Program-made: the position numbers and the translations under genes
From: a bacterium
GTDB lineage: Bacteria > Acidobacteriota > Thermoanaerobaculia > Thermoanaerobaculales > Sulfomarinibacteraceae
Assembly (NCBI GenBank): GCA_024229275.1
Contig: JAAESQ010000884.1
Span: 6,120-70,119 of the forward strand
Reading direction: 5' to 3'
DNA: 64,000 bases
The notes under the pieces: generated by a model
Told to the model about the DNA's origin: nothing
Databases searched by the model: none
What the model saw: the letters and a program-made list of their open reading frames with translations, nothing else
In this document: in pieces, positions 25,901 to 33,447 of the stretch
Numbering within the stretch: position 1 is the first letter of the stretch
Layout: each line of letters starts with the position of its first letter

Positions 25901-26461
25901 CACTGTAGTTCCAGCCGCATCTGTCAATGTGACGGTAGCCGAATCCGTGACTGCGGAAATTGTTGTACCGTGATAGGTTCCGTCGGTACCGGCACCCTCT
26001 ATGACGACCAACCGGCCCACATCTTCAGCCGTGAAGTTGGCGGTTGCCGAAGTGAATGTTTGGGATGCCGCTGTAATCGCAGCATCATCGATCTTGCGCC
26101 CTCGCACCGCACCATACTCTAAGACTGTCCGCCGCGTGACTCCAAGGTTGAGGTCAATGTCTCTCGACACCTTGGCGCTTTCTTGGCCAGTGATAGCATT
26201 GAAACAGGACGCTACTACCGTGGACCCGCGGAACAACTGCAATGATTCCTGGGGTACTGGCAGGACGTAGTCGGGAAAACCAATATCCTTATCGATTCGG
26301 ATCAGAGTATGGGTGATGTTTGTGGTATCCGCCGGAAGACTCCACTTCAAGATGTTGTCTTCCAAGCGAATGTCTCGTGGTGGAGGGACAAACTTCCAGA
26401 GGATTTTGCCTGTGCGGGCGATGAGCTTCTCGGTGGGCGTGGTCAGGGTGGCTCTACTCAT
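22922..26461 (-). CDS. tailspike/tail fibre with probable right-handed beta-helix (pectate-lyase-like) body and HxH-rich C-terminal tip
   Basis: 1179 aa. VLEYGAVRGRKIDDAAI resembles the start of pectate-lyase-3-type depolymerases. The C-terminus is NLHTHT..NHDHGG..GGHNHIMG. ATGA overlap with the nozzle-position gene. Confidence 0.65.
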   Translation of the reverse strand: MSRATLTTPTEKLIARTGKILWKFVPPPRDIRLEDNILKWSLPADTTNITHTLIRIDKDIGFPDYVLPVPQESLQLFRGSTVVASCFNAITGQESAKVSRDIDLNLGVTRRTVLEYGAVRGRKIDDAAITAASQTFTSATANFTAEDVGRLVVIEGAGTDGTYHGTTISAVTDSATVTLTDAAGTTVSGATAGIGPDSTDGFNAALADVDYVEIPFGTYILNGKVTLGEHTRLIGDSRSTVYLFNGDDDFTFEMLTELATPASTKVPLITGMRFENFTLYAKNGIKLNREWDDVTTPENPESDWDKQGFILGVIVRQVYFRGEYNSALDANYETATAPTLSELRGYGVAFHTNKLFDSQISLCDFRQYGLGILFSGCDINEISTTRLHQNARHWQSRYKIVTGVDFIGSSNNLSQCDMLVNYRVGGIYLDSSLHHTIFNCFFENPATARDSTTYLITTNDLWTRVVENRFSTTKGSGSGTSTPYFDVDPRWGLEFAHNTWNVGVGGVPEVTAKITTNSWSTTYQQHVRFLDNDPELPLPDAPLQDGAYDEYRLDYKNWQGVSGPVLSSYPFIQSGVTGRWVFQVTTGSLFWNTSLKRPSHRRLLFEYWARKITAGGGQSAFYLEDVGTCTVDAGTDVISSTGHGQNNDDRVQFRTTATLPDPLVQGTSYWVINATANTLQVSTSQGGAAVDITDTGVGTHYLRHRDELYNQTHGHSDTTKATYFRHTGRLPSSRRGDGELFLIFDNTVAELESIQVTPIAYELASAIPTDSDHDVGDVVFNTLPEKVEPYGWVFNNASSWMPLARFGNGLGYDFLDANDSLGDTIHMIAVDTTTGDITLTLPDGSDLTRSGMWYFIQNLTGGNAVILDAAGADTINNAATYRLERDDQVVLLMCYGAGKWQAQHIGNQYEILKVDDHIELGINDSPTFVKKIESLNGTPEGVITANAGSLALDDAGVLWLKESGVGNTGWKEVSGLWAALSSDEIGTTYQVRLEDTSNSRPMQLRIEANIHANQASTALINAEGFLVNYVGRAKAKALGVNYDYPATDGWAAISAFLGVGTNARNASEALHVSGASRLNGALELPTLTALRACYTDGSKNLISSTVTNVELAYLAGVTSALQTQLNDRYTKAEVDALLANKVGTTTYNLHTHTNVSAPNHDHGGAVAADGGHNHIMGTP

Positions 26462-28605
26462 GGCCGGTTGCGCCCTCCCCCGACGTGGTAGAGGAGCCTG
26501 GCGATCGACGCGAACAGGTTATTCGTTCCTGTCAGTTCGTCCGCTGGCCGGTTGTAGGTGTCCCCGCTGCCTGAGTAATCACCCGTCAGCCGGGCCGCGA
26601 TCTTGAACAGCGTTTTGTTGTGGGATGCGAGTTTATGGCGCCAGATCCTGGCATCTCCAGCCTGTGGCCGCTGTGCTTTCTGTTGCCCGCGCTTCAGCTT
26701 GTCCGCAGTCACTGGCTCGTGGTCGGCGTACCATTCGATGGCAGTCTGCTCGTCGCCGAACACATCGACCTCACTCAGTTGCTTCACCAGGGAACCGTCG
26801 CCGAGGTCGTCCCACTGCCCTTCCCAGTAGCCGGTGATGTCCGCTTGCGTCTTGTTGTCCACGTCCACATACGACTCGTCGTAGGTGACGACATCCCCGC
26901 TCTCGTCGGCTTGGCCTTCGATGGTGTAGATGTGCTGCTTGGCGATGATGTGCTGCTGCTGGCCGGCCGTGTTCATGACCGTCGATGCGGCCGTGTAGTC
27001 CTGGCTGGTGTAGAGGTAGCCCATGCCGTCGGGCTGCTGCGGCGTCCGCAGCTTGAAATCGTGGATGAGGAGTGTCCCATCGGTGAAGTAGACACGGGCC
27101 TGATCGATCTCGTTCAGCGGGTCAACCAGGTAGGACATGAACCTGGGTGTGAGGCCATAGAGGGCGGCTTCGTAGTCGTCGGAGATGACTGAGACGTGCT
27201 CCCAGCCCTTCTGGTGCCGGACCACCTGATTACGCTGAGTCAGCCAGATAGCCCCATGATCGGTCTGGATGTAGCAGTCCTTGTTGGCGATGCCGTGTAT
27301 CGCCGAAATCTCCGTCCACTGATGATATCCGTCAGCCGCTTCAGTGACCAGGAATGACCGGGTGGCGGTGTTCACGACCAACTGCACACCGTCAGGCGCC
27401 GGGGAGACCCGGAGCGGCTCCTCGGCGCTGGGGCAGGCGGTGAAGTTTGTCAGCGGCCAGGACTCCTCCGGGTTGCCGATGAGGGTAGCGTTGGTGGTGA
27501 GGTCGCTTGCCGACTTCGAGTAGACAAGCCCCTGTCTGTAACGTTTGGCGGCGATATAGGTGAAGTCCAGCCCCTGTGTTCCGCCCGGCCGCTCCTGAAC
27601 CACCCCCGAACCGGAGCCTCCGCCGGCAAGGACTCCATAGACCCGCTGGTTGATGTAGGCCATGGAGCGCATCGGCCGAGGCGGGTGGTTGTCGATCTGC
27701 ATCTCGGAGGTGAAATCTTTCACCCAGCCGTTGCCGCCGTTGTAGATCGAGAGACTGGCCGTCGTCTCAGTGACGGCCACCTGGTGAGCATCATTCAGTG
27801 CTGCATTGAGTAGCAGATACGGCGTCTCGCCGCCCTGAATGGTGGCGTAAAAGACGAACTTCAGTTCATTGCGCTCGTCGGTGTCGATGTAGGTTGTTTT
27901 CAGCCGATCGAGATTCGAGACGGTGATCGTGCCGGTGGTGCCGCCCGTCGAGGAAATCGACCCGCAAAGGATGCCGTTTGAGAAATGACCCGTGTCGGTG
28001 TTGTAGAGCCCGACGTAGATCTTGAGCGTGCCGGTGGACTGGTTGAATCCGGCGCCAGCGGCGAAGGCCACCGACGGATTCGATGACGGAGCGTAACAGT
28101 CCAGCCCGAAGTTGCGCATGTCCGTGCCGTCCCAGCTCCAGAATGGTGGCTTGGAAAACGTACTGCCGTTGCGCACCCCGAGGCCGTTGTAGAGAATCGA
28201 CCGGTCGTTGATGTTGAGGATCGGCGCCGTCTCGGTGGTGGTCCAGTCGCCGCCGTAGTTCTGGTCGATCTCGATATCCGCTGCGTCGATCTGGAAGAAC
28301 GGGTCGAAGGTCCATACCGTGACTGCCAGCCAGCGCCAGTAGACAGTCGAGCCGTCCACTTCTTGAACGAGATGCTGATCGTAGCCCCAGGAGCGTGAGG
28401 AGCGGAAGTTGTGAAACTGATAGAAGTTGCCGGCGGCGTTGTACAGGCGTGCTTTTCGCCCACTGCGCAGCCGCAGCCAGAAGTCCGGCATGATCCGGAA
28501 ATCGTTACCAGCGGCGGCGGTGCCGATCAGGCGTTCGATGGGATTGCCACGCAGGTAGAGCCCCATGAAGTTACGTCTTTGTTGGGGCTCAATGCGATCG
28601 GCCAT
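26458..28605 (-). CDS. putative tail nozzle / tail tubular protein B-position protein (715 aa)
   Basis: Its size and its position after the adaptor-position gene match T7 gp12. There is no motif-level proof. Confidence 0.5.
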   Translation of the reverse strand: MADRIEPQQRRNFMGLYLRGNPIERLIGTAAAGNDFRIMPDFWLRLRSGRKARLYNAAGNFYQFHNFRSSRSWGYDQHLVQEVDGSTVYWRWLAVTVWTFDPFFQIDAADIEIDQNYGGDWTTTETAPILNINDRSILYNGLGVRNGSTFSKPPFWSWDGTDMRNFGLDCYAPSSNPSVAFAAGAGFNQSTGTLKIYVGLYNTDTGHFSNGILCGSISSTGGTTGTITVSNLDRLKTTYIDTDERNELKFVFYATIQGGETPYLLLNAALNDAHQVAVTETTASLSIYNGGNGWVKDFTSEMQIDNHPPRPMRSMAYINQRVYGVLAGGGSGSGVVQERPGGTQGLDFTYIAAKRYRQGLVYSKSASDLTTNATLIGNPEESWPLTNFTACPSAEEPLRVSPAPDGVQLVVNTATRSFLVTEAADGYHQWTEISAIHGIANKDCYIQTDHGAIWLTQRNQVVRHQKGWEHVSVISDDYEAALYGLTPRFMSYLVDPLNEIDQARVYFTDGTLLIHDFKLRTPQQPDGMGYLYTSQDYTAASTVMNTAGQQQHIIAKQHIYTIEGQADESGDVVTYDESYVDVDNKTQADITGYWEGQWDDLGDGSLVKQLSEVDVFGDEQTAIEWYADHEPVTADKLKRGQQKAQRPQAGDARIWRHKLASHNKTLFKIAARLTGDYSGSGDTYNRPADELTGTNNLFASIARLLYHVGGGRNRP

Positions 28606-29261
28606 CAGTTCATCGAGATAACGCGCCTTCTGGGCGCCGGTTCGGCCTCCGGCGACAGCGACACGATGCCAGCTTGGTATTCCTTCAGTTCGTTGGAATA
28701 CCGCGGGTCGCCCTCGCCCAGACGATCCGCAAGGATCAACATCCTGGTTCTGGTGACGAGCAGCCCCTGGATGTCGTTCGGCATGTACTCATCGAGGTCG
28801 GGATCCGAGACGCCCGTGAAGGGAATCAGCCATTCGTAGACGGCCCGGATGGTGGTGCTGAAATTCGACAACGCGGCCAGCTTGAACTCCCATCCGCCGG
28901 AGCCGTCGTGGACGATGTAGTACTCGGCAGGCACAACAGCCTCGGTCGAGTTCTCGGCTTCGATGATTCGTTCCGGCCGGTCTCCGATGTAGCTCATCTC
29001 GGTGTCAGAGAGGGTGCCGTCGGCGAGCGCCAGCTTGATCATGCGGAAGCGCTTCCAGTCGCTCGGGAGAGAATACGTCTTGTTAGTGGTGTCGATCGAT
29101 GTCGACCATGGCTTCACTTGCCAGAATGTCTCGCCGATCTGCTCCTTGATATCGCGGAGGAATTGGGGAACGACAACGTACCGCAGCTCGCCCGAGAGGT
29201 CGAAATTAGCGTCGGCCATCCCCTCGCGGTTGGCTATCCCGATCACGTCCTGGATTGTCAT
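28605..29261 (-). CDS. putative head-tail adaptor / tail tubular protein A-position protein (218 aa)
   Basis: Position as for T7 gp11. 1-nt stop/start overlap downstream and ATGA overlap upstream. Confidence 0.45.
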   Translation of the reverse strand: MTIQDVIGIANREGMADANFDLSGELRYVVVPQFLRDIKEQIGETFWQVKPWSTSIDTTNKTYSLPSDWKRFRMIKLALADGTLSDTEMSYIGDRPERIIEAENSTEAVVPAEYYIVHDGSGGWEFKLAALSNFSTTIRAVYEWLIPFTGVSDPDLDEYMPNDIQGLLVTRTRMLILADRLGEGDPRYSNELKEYQAGIVSLSPEAEPAPRRRVISMN

Positions 29262-30178
29262 GCGACCGCCATGTACTTCTCGAACTGCGCCCGAACCTGG
29301 GGCGGCATATAGAGCATCGGATCAAGACCACCGCCCTCGGGTGTCGCCGCCTTCTGCAGATCCTCGCGCAGGAACAGGTCCCATATCCCGTATGGGTAAT
29401 CGCCCAGGTGCCCGATGGTGGTGCTGCCATCGATGGTCGTCTGAATCCCGAGTTCCCGGAGCTTGTTCGAGAACGACCAGTCTTCAGACATCTGCCGCTG
29501 GTTGTCGGGAACGACGAAATCGAACACGCGGAGGTAGGGGTCCTTTTCGTCGGTGAATAGCCGCTTCCGTTCGTCGGCGATCCGCGCTCTCTCCCTCTCG
29601 CGGGCCTGTTTGCGAACGAGCATCCGATTGAATGTCGCGTCGTTCTGGCGCATCCAGTCATCAGCGGCGAGGTAATCGGTGATGAGATGATCAATTACGT
29701 CGCGCCTAATCATGAGAAACGCCGCGCCGAGGGCGAAGTTTCCGGTCACCGGGCCGGCTGGGATGCGGTCCATCTTCAAGTACGCCTGCGCTTGTAGGTT
29801 CCACTCCTGGACCGCCATCCGTAGCGGGGGTTCCCGATTGGTGGCCAAGGCGCTGACGACTGGCTTGTCAAGAGCCAGCAGGCGAAGCGCCGCATCTTCC
29901 TCGCAGAGCATGTCGTCATCGACGAACAGCACGTGCGTTGCTTGCTCGCGCAGGCGGATGAGAGCTTTGTTTCGCCCTTCGTGGACCAGCGAACTGCCGT
30001 AGAGCCGGAAGCCGACATCAACCCCTTCGCGAGAGGTGCGATTCATCATGCCCATGAGCGACAACAATGGCGTGGTTTTGTTGGTCCGGTAGGTGAACCA
30101 GCAGACGTCCAGCACCGGCCGGCCGGCAGTGGGCGTTCCGCCGTAGTGCCCGCTCGACAACTCTTCAACGGAATTCAT
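29258..30178 (-). CDS. GT-A fold (family-2-like) glycosyltransferase inside the structural operon
   Basis: 306 aa. The DxD region HVLFVDDDMLCEED follows a Rossmann-like N-terminus (VCWFTYRTNK.. GSSLVHEGRNKAL). It is translationally coupled (ATGA) to both structural neighbours. Confidence 0.65.
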   Translation of the reverse strand: MNSVEELSSGHYGGTPTAGRPVLDVCWFTYRTNKTTPLLSLMGMMNRTSREGVDVGFRLYGSSLVHEGRNKALIRLREQATHVLFVDDDMLCEEDAALRLLALDKPVVSALATNREPPLRMAVQEWNLQAQAYLKMDRIPAGPVTGNFALGAAFLMIRRDVIDHLITDYLAADDWMRQNDATFNRMLVRKQARERERARIADERKRLFTDEKDPYLRVFDFVVPDNQRQMSEDWSFSNKLRELGIQTTIDGSTTIGHLGDYPYGIWDLFLREDLQKAATPEGGGLDPMLYMPPQVRAQFEKYMAVA

Positions 30179-30534
30179 CTTTGCTGTTTCGCCGCAAGGT
30201 CTTTCTGGAGCTTCGCGATCAACTGGTTCTGCTCCGTGATAGTGCGACTGGCCGTTTGGAGCTTCCTGTCCACAGGCGTAGTCGCATCCAGGTACTGCGC
30301 TTCATTGAGCACATCCTTGCGCTCTTCGAGGATCTCGATGAGGGTGGGATCGTCCGTCATGAACGCCCCATAGTCGCCAACCGTTCCGGAGAACTGGACT
30401 GAGCGACCGTCCACCACCGTGGAGACGCCGTCCTGGACCACCCGTCTCGAGGGCTCGACGTAGAATCTGAAATTCGAAGACTTGTGATAGTAGCGTTTCG
30501 CTACCTTCTGCTCTGAGGTCAGTACTGTAGACAT
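30175..30534 (-). CDS. hypothetical protein with C-terminal coiled coil (119 aa)
   Basis: ORF track. It is the first gene after the capsid terminator. Confidence 0.5.
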   Translation of the reverse strand: MSTVLTSEQKVAKRYYHKSSNFRFYVEPSRRVVQDGVSTVVDGRSVQFSGTVGDYGAFMTDDPTLIEILEERKDVLNEAQYLDATTPVDRKLQTASRTITEQNQLIAKLQKDLAAKQQR

Positions 30535-30552
30535 ACGGTTCCTTCTTCTGAT

Positions 30553-30590
30553 GAAAGAAAAGCCCGGGATGGCGGCTGCCGCCCCGGGCC
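30553..30590 (-). terminator. rho-independent terminator after the capsid gene
   Basis: The minus-sense sequence GCCCGGGGCGGCAGCCGCCATCCCGGGC forms a GC-rich hairpin (7-bp outer stem plus a GCGGC/GCCGC inner stem). It is followed by TTTTCTTTC. Confidence 0.6.
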
Positions 30591-30620
30591 TCTATCAATG
30601 TTGCCGCTGAACGACGCCAG

Positions 30621-31838
30621 CTACGCCATGTAGTCGGTGACGTTGGCGAGAATCCCGTGATGCTTCTCACGTTGGACCTTGTATCCAAACTCGGTCAGGA
30701 TCTCGTCCGACTTTCCGTCAGCGCCGTTCTGGATCACGTCCCGGTACACCTTGGTGTCCCGGTTGATCCCGTTGTTGTTGAGATACAGGAAGGTCAGCTC
30801 AGCCATGTCGAGACCGATGCCGATGTTGCCCCACCCGTAGGCATCGTTCGGGTCGTTCTCAAGCATCCAGTCGCGCACGACGTCGATTGTGCCGTGAGGC
30901 GTCTGGACTTCCAGAATTTGCATGCCGAACTTGGTCTCGCGCGGCGTCACCATCAGGTGGCTGACGCCCCAGGCCTGAATTGCTTCGACGATGATCGGGG
31001 CGAACACCCCGAGCTTCCGCTTCTTGTTGCCATAGCGGAACAGGGTGCGCGACCACGCGACGAACTTTTTGTAGGTCAAGGTGCCGCTGACGTCGGTCAC
31101 GTTGGTGGTGATGGTCTCGATCAGCCCCATGGTGCTGCGGATCGGGTAACTGGTCGGCCCGCCCTGAAGCGACTGGGAAGCCTGTCCCCAGATCAGGACG
31201 GAGTTCATCTTCTGCTTGTGCTCGACCATATCCTCGATATGGGCCAGGTCGCGGTCGCTCCTGCCGGCGGTGCCGTAGGTGTTGGTGGCGATGGCGGTGT
31301 TCGAGAACTGGGTCGGAGTCCGGACGATCTGGAGATAGGTCTCCTTGCGGGTGGGGATTGCGCGCTTCTGGGACGGGAAGCTCGAATACTCTTCGAACAT
31401 CGGCCCGATGATGCGAAGCGGCTGGCTGGCGACGATCACCTGCAGGCCGCTGCCGCCCACATTGCGCGAAACTGTCAAAGCGTTGGTGGACACACTCACG
31501 ACCCGGATCATTTCTCCGATGGCGTAGGTGCCCTTGATCGGCGGAACGATGAAGCAGTCACCGGCCACGAACTTCGTGCCGTCAGCCACGTTCACCGTGA
31601 CGGAGCCGGCATTGGCGGCCGTGTAGTCCTGGTTGACTGCCCACCGTGCGAGCCGGTCCTTCTCGTACCACTCGCAGTGGGTGGATTTGACGGCCCGGCG
31701 ACGTTTCAGCGCGTTCATCATGGTGATGAGCGGTGCCGCATCGGGGTCGTAATACAGAATTTTGGGACCAACGTCGCGAACATTGCGCGTCTCGTTGATC
31801 TCCTGGTAGGTCGTAAGTGGAGTGATGTACTGTGCCAT
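30621..31838 (-). CDS. major capsid protein (HK97 fold, N4/SU10-like type)
   Basis: 405 aa, directly after the scaffold gene and before a terminator. The N-arm motif is PLITMMNALKRRRAV..EWYEKD. A small beta-barrel insertion (VADGTKFVAGDCFIV..VVSVSTNALTVSR) is typical of this capsid class, as recalled from memory. Confidence 0.8.
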   Translation of the reverse strand: MAQYITPLTTYQEINETRNVRDVGPKILYYDPDAAPLITMMNALKRRRAVKSTHCEWYEKDRLARWAVNQDYTAANAGSVTVNVADGTKFVAGDCFIVPPIKGTYAIGEMIRVVSVSTNALTVSRNVGGSGLQVIVASQPLRIIGPMFEEYSSFPSQKRAIPTRKETYLQIVRTPTQFSNTAIATNTYGTAGRSDRDLAHIEDMVEHKQKMNSVLIWGQASQSLQGGPTSYPIRSTMGLIETITTNVTDVSGTLTYKKFVAWSRTLFRYGNKKRKLGVFAPIIVEAIQAWGVSHLMVTPRETKFGMQILEVQTPHGTIDVVRDWMLENDPNDAYGWGNIGIGLDMAELTFLYLNNNGINRDTKVYRDVIQNGADGKSDEILTEFGYKVQREKHHGILANVTDYMA

Positions 31839-31846
31839 GAATTACC

Positions 31847-33061
31847 TCAGTTGTTTTTGAAGAGCTTTGTGATTCCGTCACCCTGAGAAGCTTCCCGGAT
31901 AGCGTCCCAATGCTCTTCGGTCTCCTCGCCCGGTTTGGGAGCGAGCTGGCCCGAGGTTTTGCCGCCGGCATTCAGCGCTTGCCTGGTCGTGTCCTTCGGG
32001 GTCCGCGTTACGGACTTCGCTCCGGCTTTGACGAGGTCGCTGGTGGCCTTCGCAGTGGTCGTGCGCTGACGTTTTTCGCGTTTGAAGATGCGGAACGCTT
32101 CGTGGTAGCGGGCAAGGAAGGTCTTGAGCTGGGCCTTGTGCGGATCCGGATCTTCCTTCTTGATGTCACCGATGTGACGATACTCCGCAAGTATGCGGTT
32201 GAAGGGGATCGGATCGAACCGCTTGCCGTTGATCTCAACCGGCTTGCCTTCGTCCCCACTGAGCATCTCCATGAACTCATCGCCGAACTTACCCCGGAGG
32301 ATCTGTTCGGCTTCGGCGTCGGCCCGTTCATGAATCTGTTGATTGCGCAGATTGTCAATGATCGGGGCAATGCCTTCGAGTCGTTCGGTCATCTGCTGTT
32401 CTGCAATCGCCGTGGCAACCTTAACGACAACCGGCAGGGCGGTTCCCATGAAGTTGCGGGCGAACAGCGCCTTGTGAACATCCCGGACAGCGTGGACCGC
32501 GGTTGGGCGATCCACTTCGTCGGCTTCGGCGTGTCTGTTCATTGCAGTCGTCAGCGCGTTATAGCCATCCTCTTCGGTCTTCCAGGAATCGCCGATGTCG
32601 CCAAACCTCAGCGGCTCGTCGCTGGCCGGCGGTGGAGGGGCTGCCTCCGTGGCCGGTTTTGCTTCGGTCGCTGTGGCTGGGGTGTCACCGTCGACTTCCT
32701 TGAAGAGGTCATCGAGAATGTCGAGTTCTGTGTCATCTGCTTGCTGGAATGACTCGCGAGCAGCAATCTTTTCGAGAATGCCGCGCTCTTTCTCGTCGTT
32801 GAGGTCGAGCGCGTAATCGGTGGCGAGCTTCTGAAGCGTGGCGTCATCGACAGCGGGCGCCGCGGTCTCGCCTGTTGCTTCCGTTGCGGCGGTCTCCTCG
32901 CCTGCGGCGGCGTCCGTCGATTCCCCTGTGTCGAGGTTGTCGACTTCATCCGTATCGGTGCCGCTGGCATCATCCAGCTCAATGAGGTCTGCTCCGACCC
33001 CGTCTTCCATGTCGACAGACGCTGCAGCGTCTGTTTCCGCTGTGTCTGTTTCTTGTGCCAT
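31847..33061 (-). CDS. scaffolding protein
   Basis: 404 aa. Very acidic D/E/T/A-rich N-terminus and a helical remainder. It lies between the portal and the capsid genes. Confidence 0.6.
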   Translation of the reverse strand: MAQETDTAETDAAASVDMEDGVGADLIELDDASGTDTDEVDNLDTGESTDAAAGEETAATEATGETAAPAVDDATLQKLATDYALDLNDEKERGILEKIAARESFQQADDTELDILDDLFKEVDGDTPATATEAKPATEAAPPPPASDEPLRFGDIGDSWKTEEDGYNALTTAMNRHAEADEVDRPTAVHAVRDVHKALFARNFMGTALPVVVKVATAIAEQQMTERLEGIAPIIDNLRNQQIHERADAEAEQILRGKFGDEFMEMLSGDEGKPVEINGKRFDPIPFNRILAEYRHIGDIKKEDPDPHKAQLKTFLARYHEAFRIFKREKRQRTTTAKATSDLVKAGAKSVTRTPKDTTRQALNAGGKTSGQLAPKPGEETEEHWDAIREASQGDGITKLFKNN

Positions 33062-33072
33062 AGTTTCCTTGT

Positions 33073-33447
33073 CTAAGAGGCTTGCCTAAACTTATTCTTC
33101 GCCATGTTTTCCTCGTACTTCACGGCGTAGGTGATGAAGATCCCCCAGAGGTCATCGAAGAGGGTGACTGCGGCTGCGGTGGCGCGCGCCTCTTCAAAAT
33201 CACGTGTCGCCACCTGATGGTGCATCAGCCCCAGTTGCAGCCTCTTTTGCTCGGCCACGAGCGCGTCGATGACATTGCGGAAGCGGTCCTGGTGGACCAG
33301 ATCCCACAAATAGGAATCATTGTCGAAATCGAATGGTTCGGCCGGCAGGGGGAAGGCGACCGGGCCACCCAGACGAATCGCCATACGGGCAACCCACACA
33401 GAGAGCCGCTCACGTAACGAGCGTTTGTCAAACTGGGAGTTGCTCAC
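33073..33447 (-). CDS. hypothetical protein (start ambiguous: GTG 33447 or ATG 33384)
   Basis: The ORF track gives 33073..33573, but its first ~40 codons overlap the portal 3' end and look like out-of-frame sequence. Confidence 0.4.
   Translation of the reverse strand: MSNSQFDKRSLRERLSVWVARMAIRLGGPVAFPLPAEPFDFDNDSYLWDLVHQDRFRNVIDALVAEQKRLQLGLMHHQVATRDFEEARATAAAVTLFDDLWGIFITYAVKYEENMAKNKFRQAS

Noticed and set aside
30657-31886. Long antisense ORFs (for example 409 aa opposite the capsid gene; also 36250..37266, 19147..20019, 34697..35266 and 28674..29312)
   Set aside because: These are typical shadow ORFs of high-GC DNA. Their translations are Arg/Gly/Ala/Val-rich, and they lie opposite genes with clear homology-type motifs. 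They lack SD sequences and start-stop coupling.
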